A DNA stretch of 54,793 nt, filler included, from Jimgerdemannia flammicorona (Eukaryota), in NCBI GenBank assembly GCA_003990765.1. It is 2 parts of 2 records of this genome, joined end to end, with 100 filler letters (N's around TTAATTAATTAA, not from the genome) between each part and the next. Parts side by side here need not be neighbours in the genome. Positions count along the whole stretch, not along the records: positions 1 to 27,349 come from RBNJ01000636.1; 1 more part is not named here. One strand, given 5' to 3'. A model generated the notes under the pieces. That model searched no databases, was not told the origin of the DNA, and saw only the letters and a program-made list of their open reading frames with translations. Position 1 is the first letter of the stretch, and every line of letters starts with the position of its first letter. Positions 11,461-22,965 of this stretch are shown piece after piece. Made by a program: the position numbers and the translations under genes.

Positions 11461-11745
11461 TCCAGCCTTCAGTATCTCAGAAAAGCTCCTCTCCCACTGC
11501 CCTTCTGCTCCTCCCCCAGCACTGCTACTACTGCCAGAACTACCCTGCCCACTTGGACCCCCAAAAGATCTCATCCCTAATCTATACCCTCATCTCATAT
11601 TTTGCCAGTTGAAGGCTCCAGGTCCACCCAATCTAGTATATATATTAGCTCACATATTGGTTGCCATAATCTTAGTACCTTTTTCTAATAAATATCTTGA
11701 AAGTATGTTGTAAAAGTGTGTGTAATGTGAATGGTAGCTGAGAAA
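11461..11745 (-). mobile_element. Probable 5' UTR and ORF1 N-terminus of the family A LINE
   Basis: Minus strand reads MRSFGGPSGQGSSGSSSSAGGGAEGQWERSFSEILKAG; upstream ACAACATACTTTCAAGATATTTATT resembles the LINE 5' UTR ACAACATATTTTCAAGTTTTTATT at ~49113. Boundary uncertain. Confidence 0.6.
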
Positions 11746-11749
11746 GGTA

Positions 11750-11892
11750 ATGGTTAGTCATCATTACTCATCTTATAGCCTAGGTGAGTTATACTGTATA
11801 ATCTTCTTGCACTCCAATCTGGTGGCTTATAAGGAAAGGCTATCTCCTGTGATGATATCATTATTCTGAGGTCACCATTACATCTTTCTTCT
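11750..11892 (-). repeat. Partial 3' LTR of gypsy G1 with polypurine tract
   Basis: Minus strand AGAAGAAAGA (11883-11892) is followed by TGTAATGG starting at 11882; the far LTR end is not securely identified. Confidence 0.55.
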
Positions 11893-14800
11893 AAATAAGG
11901 ATCTTCTCTTGAACATTCTTATTCATTAGTCCAGTCTGAAAAATTTGCTGATCCGGCAGGGGGTTGAAAAGTGGTATTTATAGACTAGTATCTTTTTTAT
12001 ATATTTTGGCATAATGGTAAAGGACTACTCTCTTCATATAGAGCAAGGGTCTGATTTTGATCTTGACTAACCAATTGATAGTTCAAACTCCTCTGGCTTT
12101 GAAAGTCTCATAGATAAGTAGTTGCTGGTATCATATTTCTTAAAGAATGGTCTAGACAGATTGCTTGCTAGTCATGAGATATGTTGTTATAATTTGCAGA
12201 CTAGAATCTCATAGGTAGTTATCATATTTTACTTCTCTTGTATAGGTTTGTAGTACTTCTTGAGTTTGTTCCTGTATACTGTGATAGATAGTATGGTCTC
12301 TGAGAGTTTTCTAAGCCAGAAGGTAGTTCTCTTGATATCTTACATGTAGAAGAGTTCTTCTCATTTGGGCTCCAGTTTTTGTAACCATGAGGCTTCTACT
12401 ATATTTTAATATAGTAGAACCTTTTCTACAATTTGGATGGATTCTAGGGTCTTGTAATTCTTTTCTATATTCTTTCTTATCAGTACTTGTAACTTGATGA
12501 TGTAATCTTTAGCCTTCTTCCTGATTTGATGCAGTCTCTGGATTTCTGAGTCAATCTATCTCTAAGTTAGATCTAGATTTATGACTGAGATTCCATCAGA
12601 ATCTTCTTCTCCAAAGAGCAGTTCTCTTGGGATAAAGTGTATACTCTGTGACTATATATCTTATAGAACAGAGAGGACAGTTAGGAGGTAGTTATTCCAA
12701 TTGTCATATGTGTCTGAGATCTTTGCCAGAATATTTTTAAGAGTTTTGTTGGTTCTTTCTATCTGTCTATTTTCTTGAGGATAGTGTATAGTGGTCTTGA
12801 TATACTGAATCTTATATTTCTGATATATTATCTCATGGAAGCCATTGATAAATTCTGTGCCATGGTCTGTGGTAATTTGCCTTGGTGTCTTGTATCAGCA
12901 GATAATTTCTCAGTACAAGAAGTCAGCTATAGAGAGAACATTGGCTTCTTGTAATACTCCTACTTCTATCTATTTGATAAAGAGGTCTATGATAACTATA
13001 ATGTAGCAGTTTCCTAATAGTATTACTGGTAGCAGTCTAATGATATCTATTATGATGTGGTGGAAAGAGATAGGCTCAATTCTTGATGACTCAGATGCCT
13101 GGTCTTGCTGATCTTATTTCTGTTTTTGGTACTTGTCATACCCTTTGACAAATTGGTACAGGTCTTCTTCTATCTTGGGCCACCACATAGTTCTTCTTGT
13201 CTTGTTTTATATATTGGTTCCTCCTAGGTATTCTCGTTTATATACTTCTTTCATTACTTGATACTTCTTATATTTGGGTATTATAAGCTTTCCTCCTTTT
13301 TTGAGTATAGTGTTGTCTAGTTCAAATTATTTCCAAGTCTGGTTAATAATGAGAATAGTCCAGAGTTTGAGGTGGTTGGGTATCTTCTGCTGTCCAAGAT
13401 GACTGATTAATCCATAGTATAGCTCCTTATTCATGTTGAATAGTCTTGATGGGGTGTTTTGGAGTATCCTTGAGAGTATATCAGCATTGGCATTAGTTCT
13501 TCCTGAGCAGTGCTTGATAGTATAGTCATACTCTTACAGCCTGTAGATCTATCTGGTATATATTCCTTTAGGGTTCAGAGTGTGGAATAGCTTGGCAAGA
13601 GAAGAATAGTCTGTTTGAATAGTGAAGTGTTTTCTGACTAGATAGTAGTGGAACTTGTCTACTGCCCAAACTACTGCTAAGTATTCTAGCTTAGTTCTAT
13701 CTGCTCCCTGGGTACCTTGGCTTATATAGGAGATGATATATTTATGTTCATTTTTCTTCTGAGCTAGAACTGCTCTAAGTTCTATAATACTTACATCTGT
13801 TTGCAGGATGAACTCTAGGTTCCAATCTGGTCTTCTGAGGATGGATGCTTGGGTCAACCTAGTCTTGAGTTTATTAAAGGTTTCTTGACATTCTTTGGTC
13901 CATTCAAACTTGGTCTCCTTCTTCAGTAGCTCATAGATAGGTACTGTAATATTAGAGTAACCTTTGATAAATCTTCTATAGTAGGAGACCAGTCCAAGGA
14001 AGGCATGGACTTCTATAGTTGTTCTGGGTCTTGGGTAGGCTATAATAGTCTCAATCTTCATAAAGTCTGTGTGAATTCCTATCTAGTTGATGATGTGTTC
14101 TAGGTAGGTGATTTCTTGAGCTGTAAACTTACACTTCTTGGGCTTAATATAGAGACCATGCTCCTTGAGCTTCTTGAGAGCTAGCTGTATATAGTTGACA
14201 TATATCTGTACAGTATTGCTGAAGATGATCAAATTATCAATATAGATAAAAAGCTATTTTCCAATCTCATTGCTGAAGACTCTGTTCATTATTTACTAAA
14301 AACTTGCTAGGGTATTGCAAATTCCAAATGGTATTTGCAGGTAGACATAGGTGGTGTTAGGTATGATAAAGGCTGATTTCTCACTGGTATCTTGAGTGAG
14401 ACCCATCTGATGAAAGCCTGAGAACAGATTCAAGATAGTATAATATTTGGCTTCATTTCTAAGGGTGGTAAGGATTTCTTGAATATTTGGCAAGGGCTGC
14501 CTATCCTTCTTGGTGATTGCATTAAGCTTTCTGTAATCAATGCAGAGTTTTGGGGCAAACTCTCCAGGCTTGCTTTCTTTCTTTGAGACAAGGACAATGA
14601 GTGAAGCCCAGGAACTAATAGTTTACTTGATAATACCAGCTTCTTCTATTTCCTTAAGTTCTGCTTGCAGCAATTCTCTGTAGACAAGTAGTATGGGTCT
14701 GGCTTTCTGATAGATGGGCTTGGTATTATCAGTGTCAACTTCATGATAGTACTTGAGTTCTTGATTGTAGATGTCCCTGAAGTCTGTGGTGAGTACTCTT

Positions 14801-14929
14801 TCATTCTGGTATAGGATCTTGAGAAGTTGTTTTACAAGAGAAAAGTTTTCTCCAATGATATATGTGTACTTATTCTGGTCTTTATCTTTCTTGTACTTGA
14901 GTTTGGTAATCTTAGTAGCAGTATAGGCT

Positions 14930-15330
14930 CCTCTTCCAGTAGATCCAAAGTCTTGTTCTTCTCTCTTGGTCTTGATGAATTTGATGGCTTTAGTGATCTT
15001 AGGCTTCTTGACTTCATAGATCAGCATCTGGCCAATTCTGTCATACTTCTTGACTTTGAATGGGGTGGTAGGATTGTGATTCCTAACTATGAGAAAGATT
15101 CTGTCAGTATAATCAGGGTCGATTACTTCTCCTTCAACTGAGATTTTACTTTTGGCCAGACTACTTCTGGACTTGATAATTCCAGCATAGTTCCCTAGCA
15201 ACCTGACTCCAATTTCAGTGCCAAGTAGAGTGATGGTCTGTGGTTTAAGGATAGCATCTTGAATGCTGGCAAGGTCCATTCCTATGGCTCCTTCAGTCTT
15301 ATATTCTGGTATCTTGGCTTCAGGATGAAA
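14930..15330 (-). pseudogene. dUTPase domain of G1, between protease and RT
   Basis: MDLAS, KSRSSLA, VIDPDYT, DRIGQML and REEQDFGSTG match dUTPase motifs 1-5. Confidence 0.92.
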
Positions 15331-16121
15331 CTTCTTAATCTTAAGAGTAATGACTGGTTCTTGTTTCTCCTCATAATTACTGTCAACTTGAAGCTCTGGA
15401 GGCTGGTCATCTTCTTTAGCTTTCCTTTTTGCTTTAGCAGCTTCTTGCTCATACTTTTGTTGACAGATTTTTCTGACTTCACTAATATAGGACTAGCAGT
15501 CATTCAGGTGTTCAGTGCAGTACATCTTAGTACCATGAGGACATATTTCTTGAGAGGTATAGTCATTGATGATCTTGTTGTACCACTGCTCATCTGTGAG
15601 CTTGGGTATCTTGTTCTTGTTCTTATATACTGAGTATATGAAGACTTCTGTATCTTCTTCATCTCCTTTCTCTATGTCTGGTAGAATTTATTTGTGGATA
15701 TTGATAGAGACTTATATCTTTTTTTCTCTATAGTTGATCTGTATCTTCTGGGCATTGAGGTCAATGATAGTCTTGGTCTTGTGAAACTATTAGTTGCCAA
15801 TAAGGATATCATAGTTAGTGGTACTTGTAACAATCATGTCTACTGGAATGGTAGCTCCTCTTATCTTGATGGGAACTTCTCAGATCTTGCCTAGAGGGGT
15901 AGCTTGTATACTATTTGCTGTAACATAGACCATTTTGATAGACTCTTCAATATCCCAGCCTAGGTGGTCAATTATCTTCTTACTTATGAAGTATCCTTCA
16001 GTACTGGTATCAATGATAGTATCAAGATATAATCTTCAATCTGATAAAGGGTATAGGCTGATGTTTTGTACTAGTCTTCAGATTCTTTACCTGAGTTCTC
16101 AGATTCTTCTTATATATTATG

Positions 16122-16124
<3 letters not shown>

Positions 16125-16156
<32 letters not shown>

Positions 16157-17350
16157 TTAAGGTTTTTTTTTTTTTTTTTATACTCAGAGTTTTACAGATT
16201 TTTATTAGAAGAAAACCTAGACTATATAGGCCAAAACCCTCCCCCACCACCCACCAAGCACTGCTCCCTCATTAACCTAGACTAGCTATTGTCCAGCAGC
16301 TTAACTATACTAGGTACAGCAGGGCCTATATTGACCTATACCTCATTCTATGTACTATGCTCTCCCTACTATCAGGGGGAACTCAGCCATTTGCTAATGA
16401 CTGAAAGTGCATATTCAAAACTCCAATATATGTACAAGACTATACTCGAGCTGAATAGAATAGCCTCTATCACCCCAAAGAGAATGACAGGCAAAGAAAA
16501 AACTCTCATCAAAGTACATTATGGTGAATAGGGTCTGATTCTCCCAGATGAGATGAGTAGAGGACTTATATGTGAGGTGAGAGGAGACCCCCAATACTCT
16601 ACTACTCAAGCCTGTAGGTCTTGATCACATTACTATATCAGCTCTCAATTCCAGTTAAGTATAGTCAAGATGTCTGAAATGGGTAGCCTCGGACCCCCTC
16701 AACCCCCCCCAATAACTGGGGCCCAATTCACCAAATTACTAAAAGAAGCTATGAGTGACACCTACTATCTAACTACTCAGTATCAATCAAAAGGCCCCAC
16801 CGAAGCAGTACCTGCCCCAGCCCTGATGACTGCCTCCAGCCTAGCATCCAACTGGTTCACCATTATTGCCCTTTCTCCTATCTGTGATGGCCATCTCCCC
16901 TCCCATCCTGACAATACCTGAAAAATAGTTACCTACAATAGAACTATGTTTGCCAGGAAGCTCACTAAAGCCAGAGGACCCCACTATAGATACTGAGGAC
17001 CTGCAAGTAACCTATACTGGGCACTTGATGCCCAAGGTCAGCTAACTCCCTATGTAACCTATGATATACTAAAATGACTTCTTATTGGTAATGGCAAAAG
17101 GAAGAAGGTGCCTCACCAAAATGAGTACACCTCAGATGTAGCTGAAGGTACCAGAAACTATGAAAGAGTGGAGAAGACACTGATCTGACACTGATAAAGA
17201 GGCAACTCATTACTATTGCCTCTCTCCCACTGTCCCACAACAGGTACAGCAAACTAACCCAAGGTAGAGGAGATAATAGTTAGAGAAAGTAGACTCAGAA
17301 GGTTGCTTATCAAACTATTGTAACTAGTAAGATAGCAGAGAAAGAGGCAG
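16125..17350 (-). mobile_element. Poly(A)-tailed retroposed insert of unknown origin with target-site duplication
   Basis: Poly(T) on the plus strand at 16125-16178; minus-strand AATAAA ~17 nt before the tail; TSD TATATT(A/G)TGAGCTTTT at 16113-16128 and 17351-17366; G1 resumes after it. Confidence 0.85.
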
Positions 17351-18504
17351 TATATTGTGAGCTTTTATAATCTTGTACTCTTGGTTCTTGACAATAATTG
17401 CAAGTCCTACTCTTAACTACTGTCTAAAGGCAGAGACTTTGACTAGTTGTCCAAAAGTAGCATTGACCTTCTATTCCTTAAGGTCCTTGTAGATATCATA
17501 CTGATAGATCTTGGACTTGTACAGCTTCTGTTCTTTCTTACTTTCACTTTTTTCTGAGACTAGAGTAGTGTCTTCAATAATTTGGTAAGCAGCTTCATCT
17601 AACTCCATGTCTTGATCAATTTCCTTAGATTGGGTCTTACTTTGAATAGTGATAGCTGGGGTCTTCTTTGGTCTTCCAACTGGCTTGCTATTGCCCTTCT
17701 TATCATAGGGCTTGGAGCAGTTTCTAGTATCTTCAGTAATAGGATAGAATTTGGACTTCTTATAATATTCTTTATTATCAGTATCACTAATCTCCTCAAT
17801 GACTACTGCATTGATTTGTTCTCTAGTTCTGATAGTATTACTTAGTTGGGCTTTGCATCTTGTTTTAGTCATACAACTCTTTATATAGTGGTCTTCTTCT
17901 CTATATCTGAAGTATGTGATATTGCATTCTTCTATAGCAACTATAAATCTCTATACTAGTCTCCTGTTGGCACTTCAGACTCCTTTAATAACATTACTAA
18001 GATATGCAGTTATCTTGATAAACTGCTTAGCAAGTTCCTCCACTGGGTCAGCTTTGGCTACCTTAGAGATAGGTAGAGATAGTTGTCTGTTTACAACTAT
18101 AGTAGGTATGATACTAGTTAGCTTTTGTGGCTCCATCTTGATACCAGTTATTTTCTCCATTGAGTATTCAGCAGGGTGTTTGGCAGTCCAATATCTCTAT
18201 ACAAAGACCACTTTCTGATCAAGGATCAGAGCAGCTGGAGTAGACCAGATTGCTAGGGCAATTTTAGAGTAGAGTTCTTTGAGGTAGGGCTATTAAATAG
18301 TTCAAATCAGTTTGAATCAGTTCAGATCATCAGTTCATATATCAAATCAGTTCAACTGATTGATTCATTGCTATATGGCTCCAAAAATTATTTTATTAGC
18401 CTTGTAATTGATTTTACTAAGAATATAAGCAATTTGTAAAGTTGGAAGCTTGCAAAGTCTATCTTATAATCTGAGACTTAAGACAATCACATAATTATAT
18501 ATCC

Positions 18505-18917
18505 AAAAGAGAGGGGGGAGGAGGGTGCATTCTCACTACTCAAAAGGGGAGAGGGGTTCCAAATAGTGCCTTAACTAAGATATATATATATTCTTTTTAT
18601 CTAGCTTTTCAAAAGGAGAGGGTGGAGAGAGGTTTGAAATGGTGCCTTAACCAAGGTATATAATTATATACTTTTTCCTTTTATTCAGCTTCTCAAAGAG
18701 AGAGAGTATGTGCTTGCCTCATCTCACTGCTCATTCTAACTTTTCAAAAGGGGAAGGGTTCAAAATAGCACCTTAACTAAGGTATATAATTATATACTTT
18801 CTCTTTTTATCCAGCTTTTTGAAGGGGGAGAGGGTGTGTGCTTATCTTGTTTTGCTGCTCATTTCAGCTTTTTGAAAGGGAGAGGGTTCAAAACAGTGCC
18901 TTAACTAAGGTATATAT
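18505..18917. repeat. Minisatellite (~75-130-bp units), left part
   Basis: Four copies of the core GCCTTAACTAAGGTATAT...TTTTATCCAGCTTTT. Confidence 0.9.
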
Positions 18918-19385
18918 TGTAACATAGTGAATACTTACTCTTGAAAGTACATCAGATTTCTGTATCTTGAATACTTGATCTTCTCTGACTCCTTGGAGTC
19001 CTTGGGATGCAGGGGTGGATGAGTTCAAAGTGTATCTGCCCATGGGCTTACTAGTTCCTTTGCTATCTCTTTGCTTTTGAACTATTTCGATCAGAGGTTT
19101 ATTCACTCTAAGATACTGGGTTATTTATACAAGTTTTGCTAACTATAAGGTGGCTAAGTAATGGCTCATTTCACAAGTATTGAATCTTTTAACATCTGCT
19201 AAGATTTTGCTGATTGTGAAGATTTTAATATCTTCTAAATCTTTGCAAATGTTAAAGTTTCTGCACTTTGTGGAATATGGCTGCTATTTTTATGAGGCTA
19301 AGCTATATTGGGAATTGGATTCAGGTATTATGATCAAATGTCTAATTCCTCTGTTTCATGTTACTAATTTGGATCAGCTGTCACA
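18918..19385 (-). repeat. G2 3' LTR, polypurine tract at 19386-19395
   Basis: TGTAAC...TCACA termini; near-identical to 25167-25634; adjacent minus-strand AGGAGGAAGA. Confidence 0.95.
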
Positions 19386-19426
19386 TCTTCCTCCTGAATA
19401 GGTGATTTGTCTCAGGAGTATCCTAT

Positions 19427-19888
19427 TCACTCGAATTCCCAGGCTTCTACAATTTGTATTTCCTTATATTGTGCAATTTGGATCATTATGTCCTTCCAAT
19501 GTTGTCTTTTGATATATCCAAAGTCTCTTAGAGTTATTCCTCGGAAATGAGCTAAGGCTGACTTGTCATCTTTGAATAACTTATACACTCTTTTTGCAAT
19601 TGTGATCTGAGTATAGGAGAGCTGACATTCTCTGATCCAGTCTTCTTTTCTCATCTTTGGTCTTGAATTCAGTAGCTGTCCCAACTTGAAGTATTTCTAG
19701 AACTCAGTTCAGTTCTGGTAGGCCTTGAAATATGAGATTCATGACAAGTGTGTTTGCACTATACTCTGGATGCTATTGAAGGATTCTTCCATTATTGGTG
19801 GCTCAGTGGAACACCACTGTCTTTCAATGGCTTGCTGGGCCATGCTAGTAATTCTGAGGGCAGCAGTATTACTTTATTGACTGGTCAT
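19427..19888 (-). pseudogene. G2 ORF3: ~153-aa protein of unknown function downstream of integrase
   Basis: ATG at 19888 overlaps the integrase end; single frame with four internal stops; homologous to 47685-48188. Confidence 0.75.
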
Positions 19889-21070
19889 GATACTTCTTGA
19901 GTTGGTTTTGGTAGATGGTAGTGGGGATGATTGTGCCTGAGAGTTTTTGTAGCCAAAAGGTGGTTCCTTTTATATCTTGCACAAGGTAAGGTCATTTCTA
20001 CTTGGGCTCCAGTTTTCGTAACTATGAGGCTTCTACCATGTTCTGATATACCAGAACTTTGTCTCCTATCTTGATAATCTCCAGGGGTTTGTGGATTTTT
20101 TCTGCATTCTTCCATTGTAGTGCCTGTGCCTTCATTATGTAATTCTCAGCCTTCTTTCTGATTTAGTGTAGTCTCCATATTTCTCCATCCACATGTTTCC
20201 ATACAGTATTCTCATTGAACGATAGGGTTTCTTGAGAACTTTCTTCTCCAAACAGCATTTCTCAAGAGGTAAAGTGGGTACTTTGTGATCTGATATCTCA
20301 GAGAGCAGATAATGCTATTGACAGATAGTGATCCCAGTTTTTATAGTTATTGCAAATCTTGGCAATAACATTCTTGAGGGTCTTATTGGTCCTTTCTGCT
20401 TGTCTGTTTCCTTGAGAGTGATAGGCTGTAGTACGAATATGCTGGATCTTATACTTCTTGTAGAGAACCTCAAAGAACTGGTTCACAAATTCTGTTCTTC
20501 TATCTATAGTTACTTGCATTGGAGTCTTGAACTGGCAGATGATTTCTTTGTAGAAGAAATTGGCAATTGACTGTACATTGACTTCCTTGAGGGGTCCTGC
20601 TTCTATCCACTTCATAAAAAGGTCTACAATGACAATGATATATCAGTTGCCAGTCAGAGTCAAGGGTAGAGGGCTGATTACATCCATTGCTATGTGGGCA
20701 AATGGTACTGGTTCTATTGTATTGATCCTGGGGCTTGGTTTTATTGGTCTTGTTTCCATTTCTGGCATTTGTCACAGGTTTTGACAAATTGTCTGATATC
20801 TTTCTCTATTCCTGGCCACCATATCATTCTTCTTGTCTTGTTGTATGTATTCATTCCTCTTAGATGGCCAAGTTCATGTACTGATTTCATTGCTTGCTCC
20901 TTCTTGTGTTCTGGTATGACTAGTAGTTTTCCTTTCTTCAGTGTTTGTCCATCAGTTTCAAATTGTTTCTATGTTCTGTTGATAATCATTTGCATCCATT
21001 CTTCCGGATGTTGGGGCATCTTTCGCTATCCCAGATATGTGATGATTCCATAGTAGAGCTCCTTATTCAT
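19869..21070 (-). pseudogene. G2 integrase (HHCC finger, core, GPY/F module)
   Basis: MNKELYYG start; KWIEAGPL, TAYHSQGNRQAERTN and KLEPK-K-PYLV motifs. Confidence 0.9.
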
Positions 21071-22579
21071 AATTGATTTATTGGTTGGAGGTATTTTGAG
21101 GTGTCCATGATAGAGTATCTGCATTGGAATTTGTTCTTCCAGAGTGGTGTACAATGGTTACATCATAGGCTTATAACTTCATTATCCATCTGGTATAGAT
21201 TCCTTTGGGTTGTCCAGTTGACAGTAGCTAGATGAGAGCTGAGTGATCTGTCTGAATGGTGAAGAGTCTTCCAGTCAGGTAGTAGTGGAACTTTTCCACA
21301 GCCCAGATGACTGCAAGGCATTTCAACTTATAGGATTCATATTGTTTTTCAGCTCCTCAGGTTCCTTGGCTTAGGTATGCAATGATATACTCTTTTTTGT
21401 CTTCCTTTTGAGCTAGAACCACTCCTAGTCCTTGTGCACTTGCGTCTGTCTGAAGGATAAACTCTTGGGTCCAATTGGGTCATCTGAGGATGGGTGCCTG
21501 GGTCAGTCTGACCTTGAGTTCATCAAATGCTTTTTGTTGTCTGCCAGTCCAGTTGAATTTAGTGTCCTTCTTATTGAGTTCATAGATTGGATCTGCAATA
21601 TTGGAGAATCCTCTGATAAATCTGCGATAGTAGGAGGTAAGTCCCATGAAGGCTTGGGCTTCTGTAACAGTGGTGGGCCTTGGGTATGCTGCTACTACTT
21701 GTATCTTGAGGGGGTCTATGTGCATTCTATCTTGATTAATAATATGGCCAAGGTAGGAGATCTCGATTTCTGCAAATTTGCATTTCTTGGGCTTGATATA
21801 CAGGCCATACTTTCTCAGTCTTTCTATTATCTGCCATATGTGCTGCAGGTGTTCCTCAGGTGTCTTGCTGTAGATGATTATGTCATTGACATAGACCATC
21901 ATCCATCTTCTCAAGTCATAGTGGAAGATTTTGTTCATCATTCGCTGAAAGCTTACTGGTGCATTGCACATCCCAAATGGCATTCATAGGTAGATGTAGG
22001 TTCTGTCTGGGGTGATGAAGACTGACTTTTCACTTGCCATCTCTGTGAGTCTGATTTGGTGGAATCCTGAGTATAAGTCCAAGGTACTATTGTACTGTGC
22101 TTTATCTCCCAGTATTATAAGGATGTCACTGATAAGGGGCAGTGGTTGGCAATCCTTCTTGGTAACTGTATTGAGCTTTCTGTAGTCGACACAGAGTCTT
22201 GGGGTGAATTCCCCAGGTCTGCTTCCTTTTTTCGAGGCTAGTACAACTGGTGAAGACCAGGGGCTGCTGGCTTCTTTGATAATACTAGCTTCTTCCATCT
22301 GCTTGATTTCTTCTCTGAGCCATTCTCGGTAGGCTGGTGGGACAGGTCTTGCCTTCTGGTAAATTGGTTCGGTGTCTCTGATATCTACCTCATGATAGTA
22401 GTGTGGGGTCTTTCCCTTGATATCTTTGAAATCTATAGTGAGGATATCCTCGAATTCATGGAGTATTTTCTTGAGTTCCTCCTTGAGTGGAAATTCATTT
22501 CCAATGGTGTAACTGTGCTTGTTTGTGATTTCCTCCTTCTTATGCTCCAGTTTAGTAATCTTGGTACTAGTAAATACTC

Positions 22580-22965
22580 CTCTTCCTGTGGATCTGAATC
22601 CTTTCTTTCCTCTTTTTGTTTCCTCCAAATTCTTGACTTCTATGATCCTTGGTTGTAGGATTGGAAAGATCAACATCTGTGCCAATTGGTCCTTCTTCTT
22701 GACTGGGAATGGGATTGTAGGATTATGATTCCTAGCAATGAGCAGGATTTCTCCAGTATAGTCAGAATTGATGACTCCTTCTTCAATCATAATTTTGCTT
22801 CTGGCCAGGCTGCTTCTTGTCTTAAGGATCCTGATATGATCCTTTGGGATAGTTATCTCCAGTCCAGTTGCGAGTAGGGTGGTTGTTTGGGGTTCTAGTA
22901 CAGCTTCTTCTACTGTGGTGATGTCCATTCCAGCTGCATTTTCCGACTTGTATTCTGGCAAGACT
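22580..22965 (-). pseudogene. G2 dUTPase domain
   Basis: AAGMDI, RSSLA, GVINSDYTGEI, QLAQML and RGKKGFRSTG within ORF 21984-22961, in frame with the RT N-terminus. Confidence 0.93.

Larger units (their letters stand above)
11750..18284 (-). mobile_element. Ty3/gypsy LTR retrotransposon G1 (gag-PR-dUTPase-RT-RNaseH-IN), degenerate, gag truncated by a hAT-like element
   Basis: RT/RNase H AFLGLVSYYRRFIKGYS, FILQTD and LAVVWAVDKFHYYL (13549-14061); LFSGFHQ and PFGICN (14296-14493); integrase ~12230-13434; protease ~15680-16060; gag 17367-18284, homologous to G2 gag. Confidence 0.93.

Noticed and set aside
11721..11882. Complete 162-bp LTR bounded by TGTAATG...CATTACA
   Set aside because: No partner LTR in the window, and the left part may be LINE 5' UTR, so the 7-bp inverted match may be chance.
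11895..12226. ORF3 homologue in G1
   Set aside because: An ATG-started decayed frame follows the integrase, but I could not align it to the G2/G3 ORF3 motifs.
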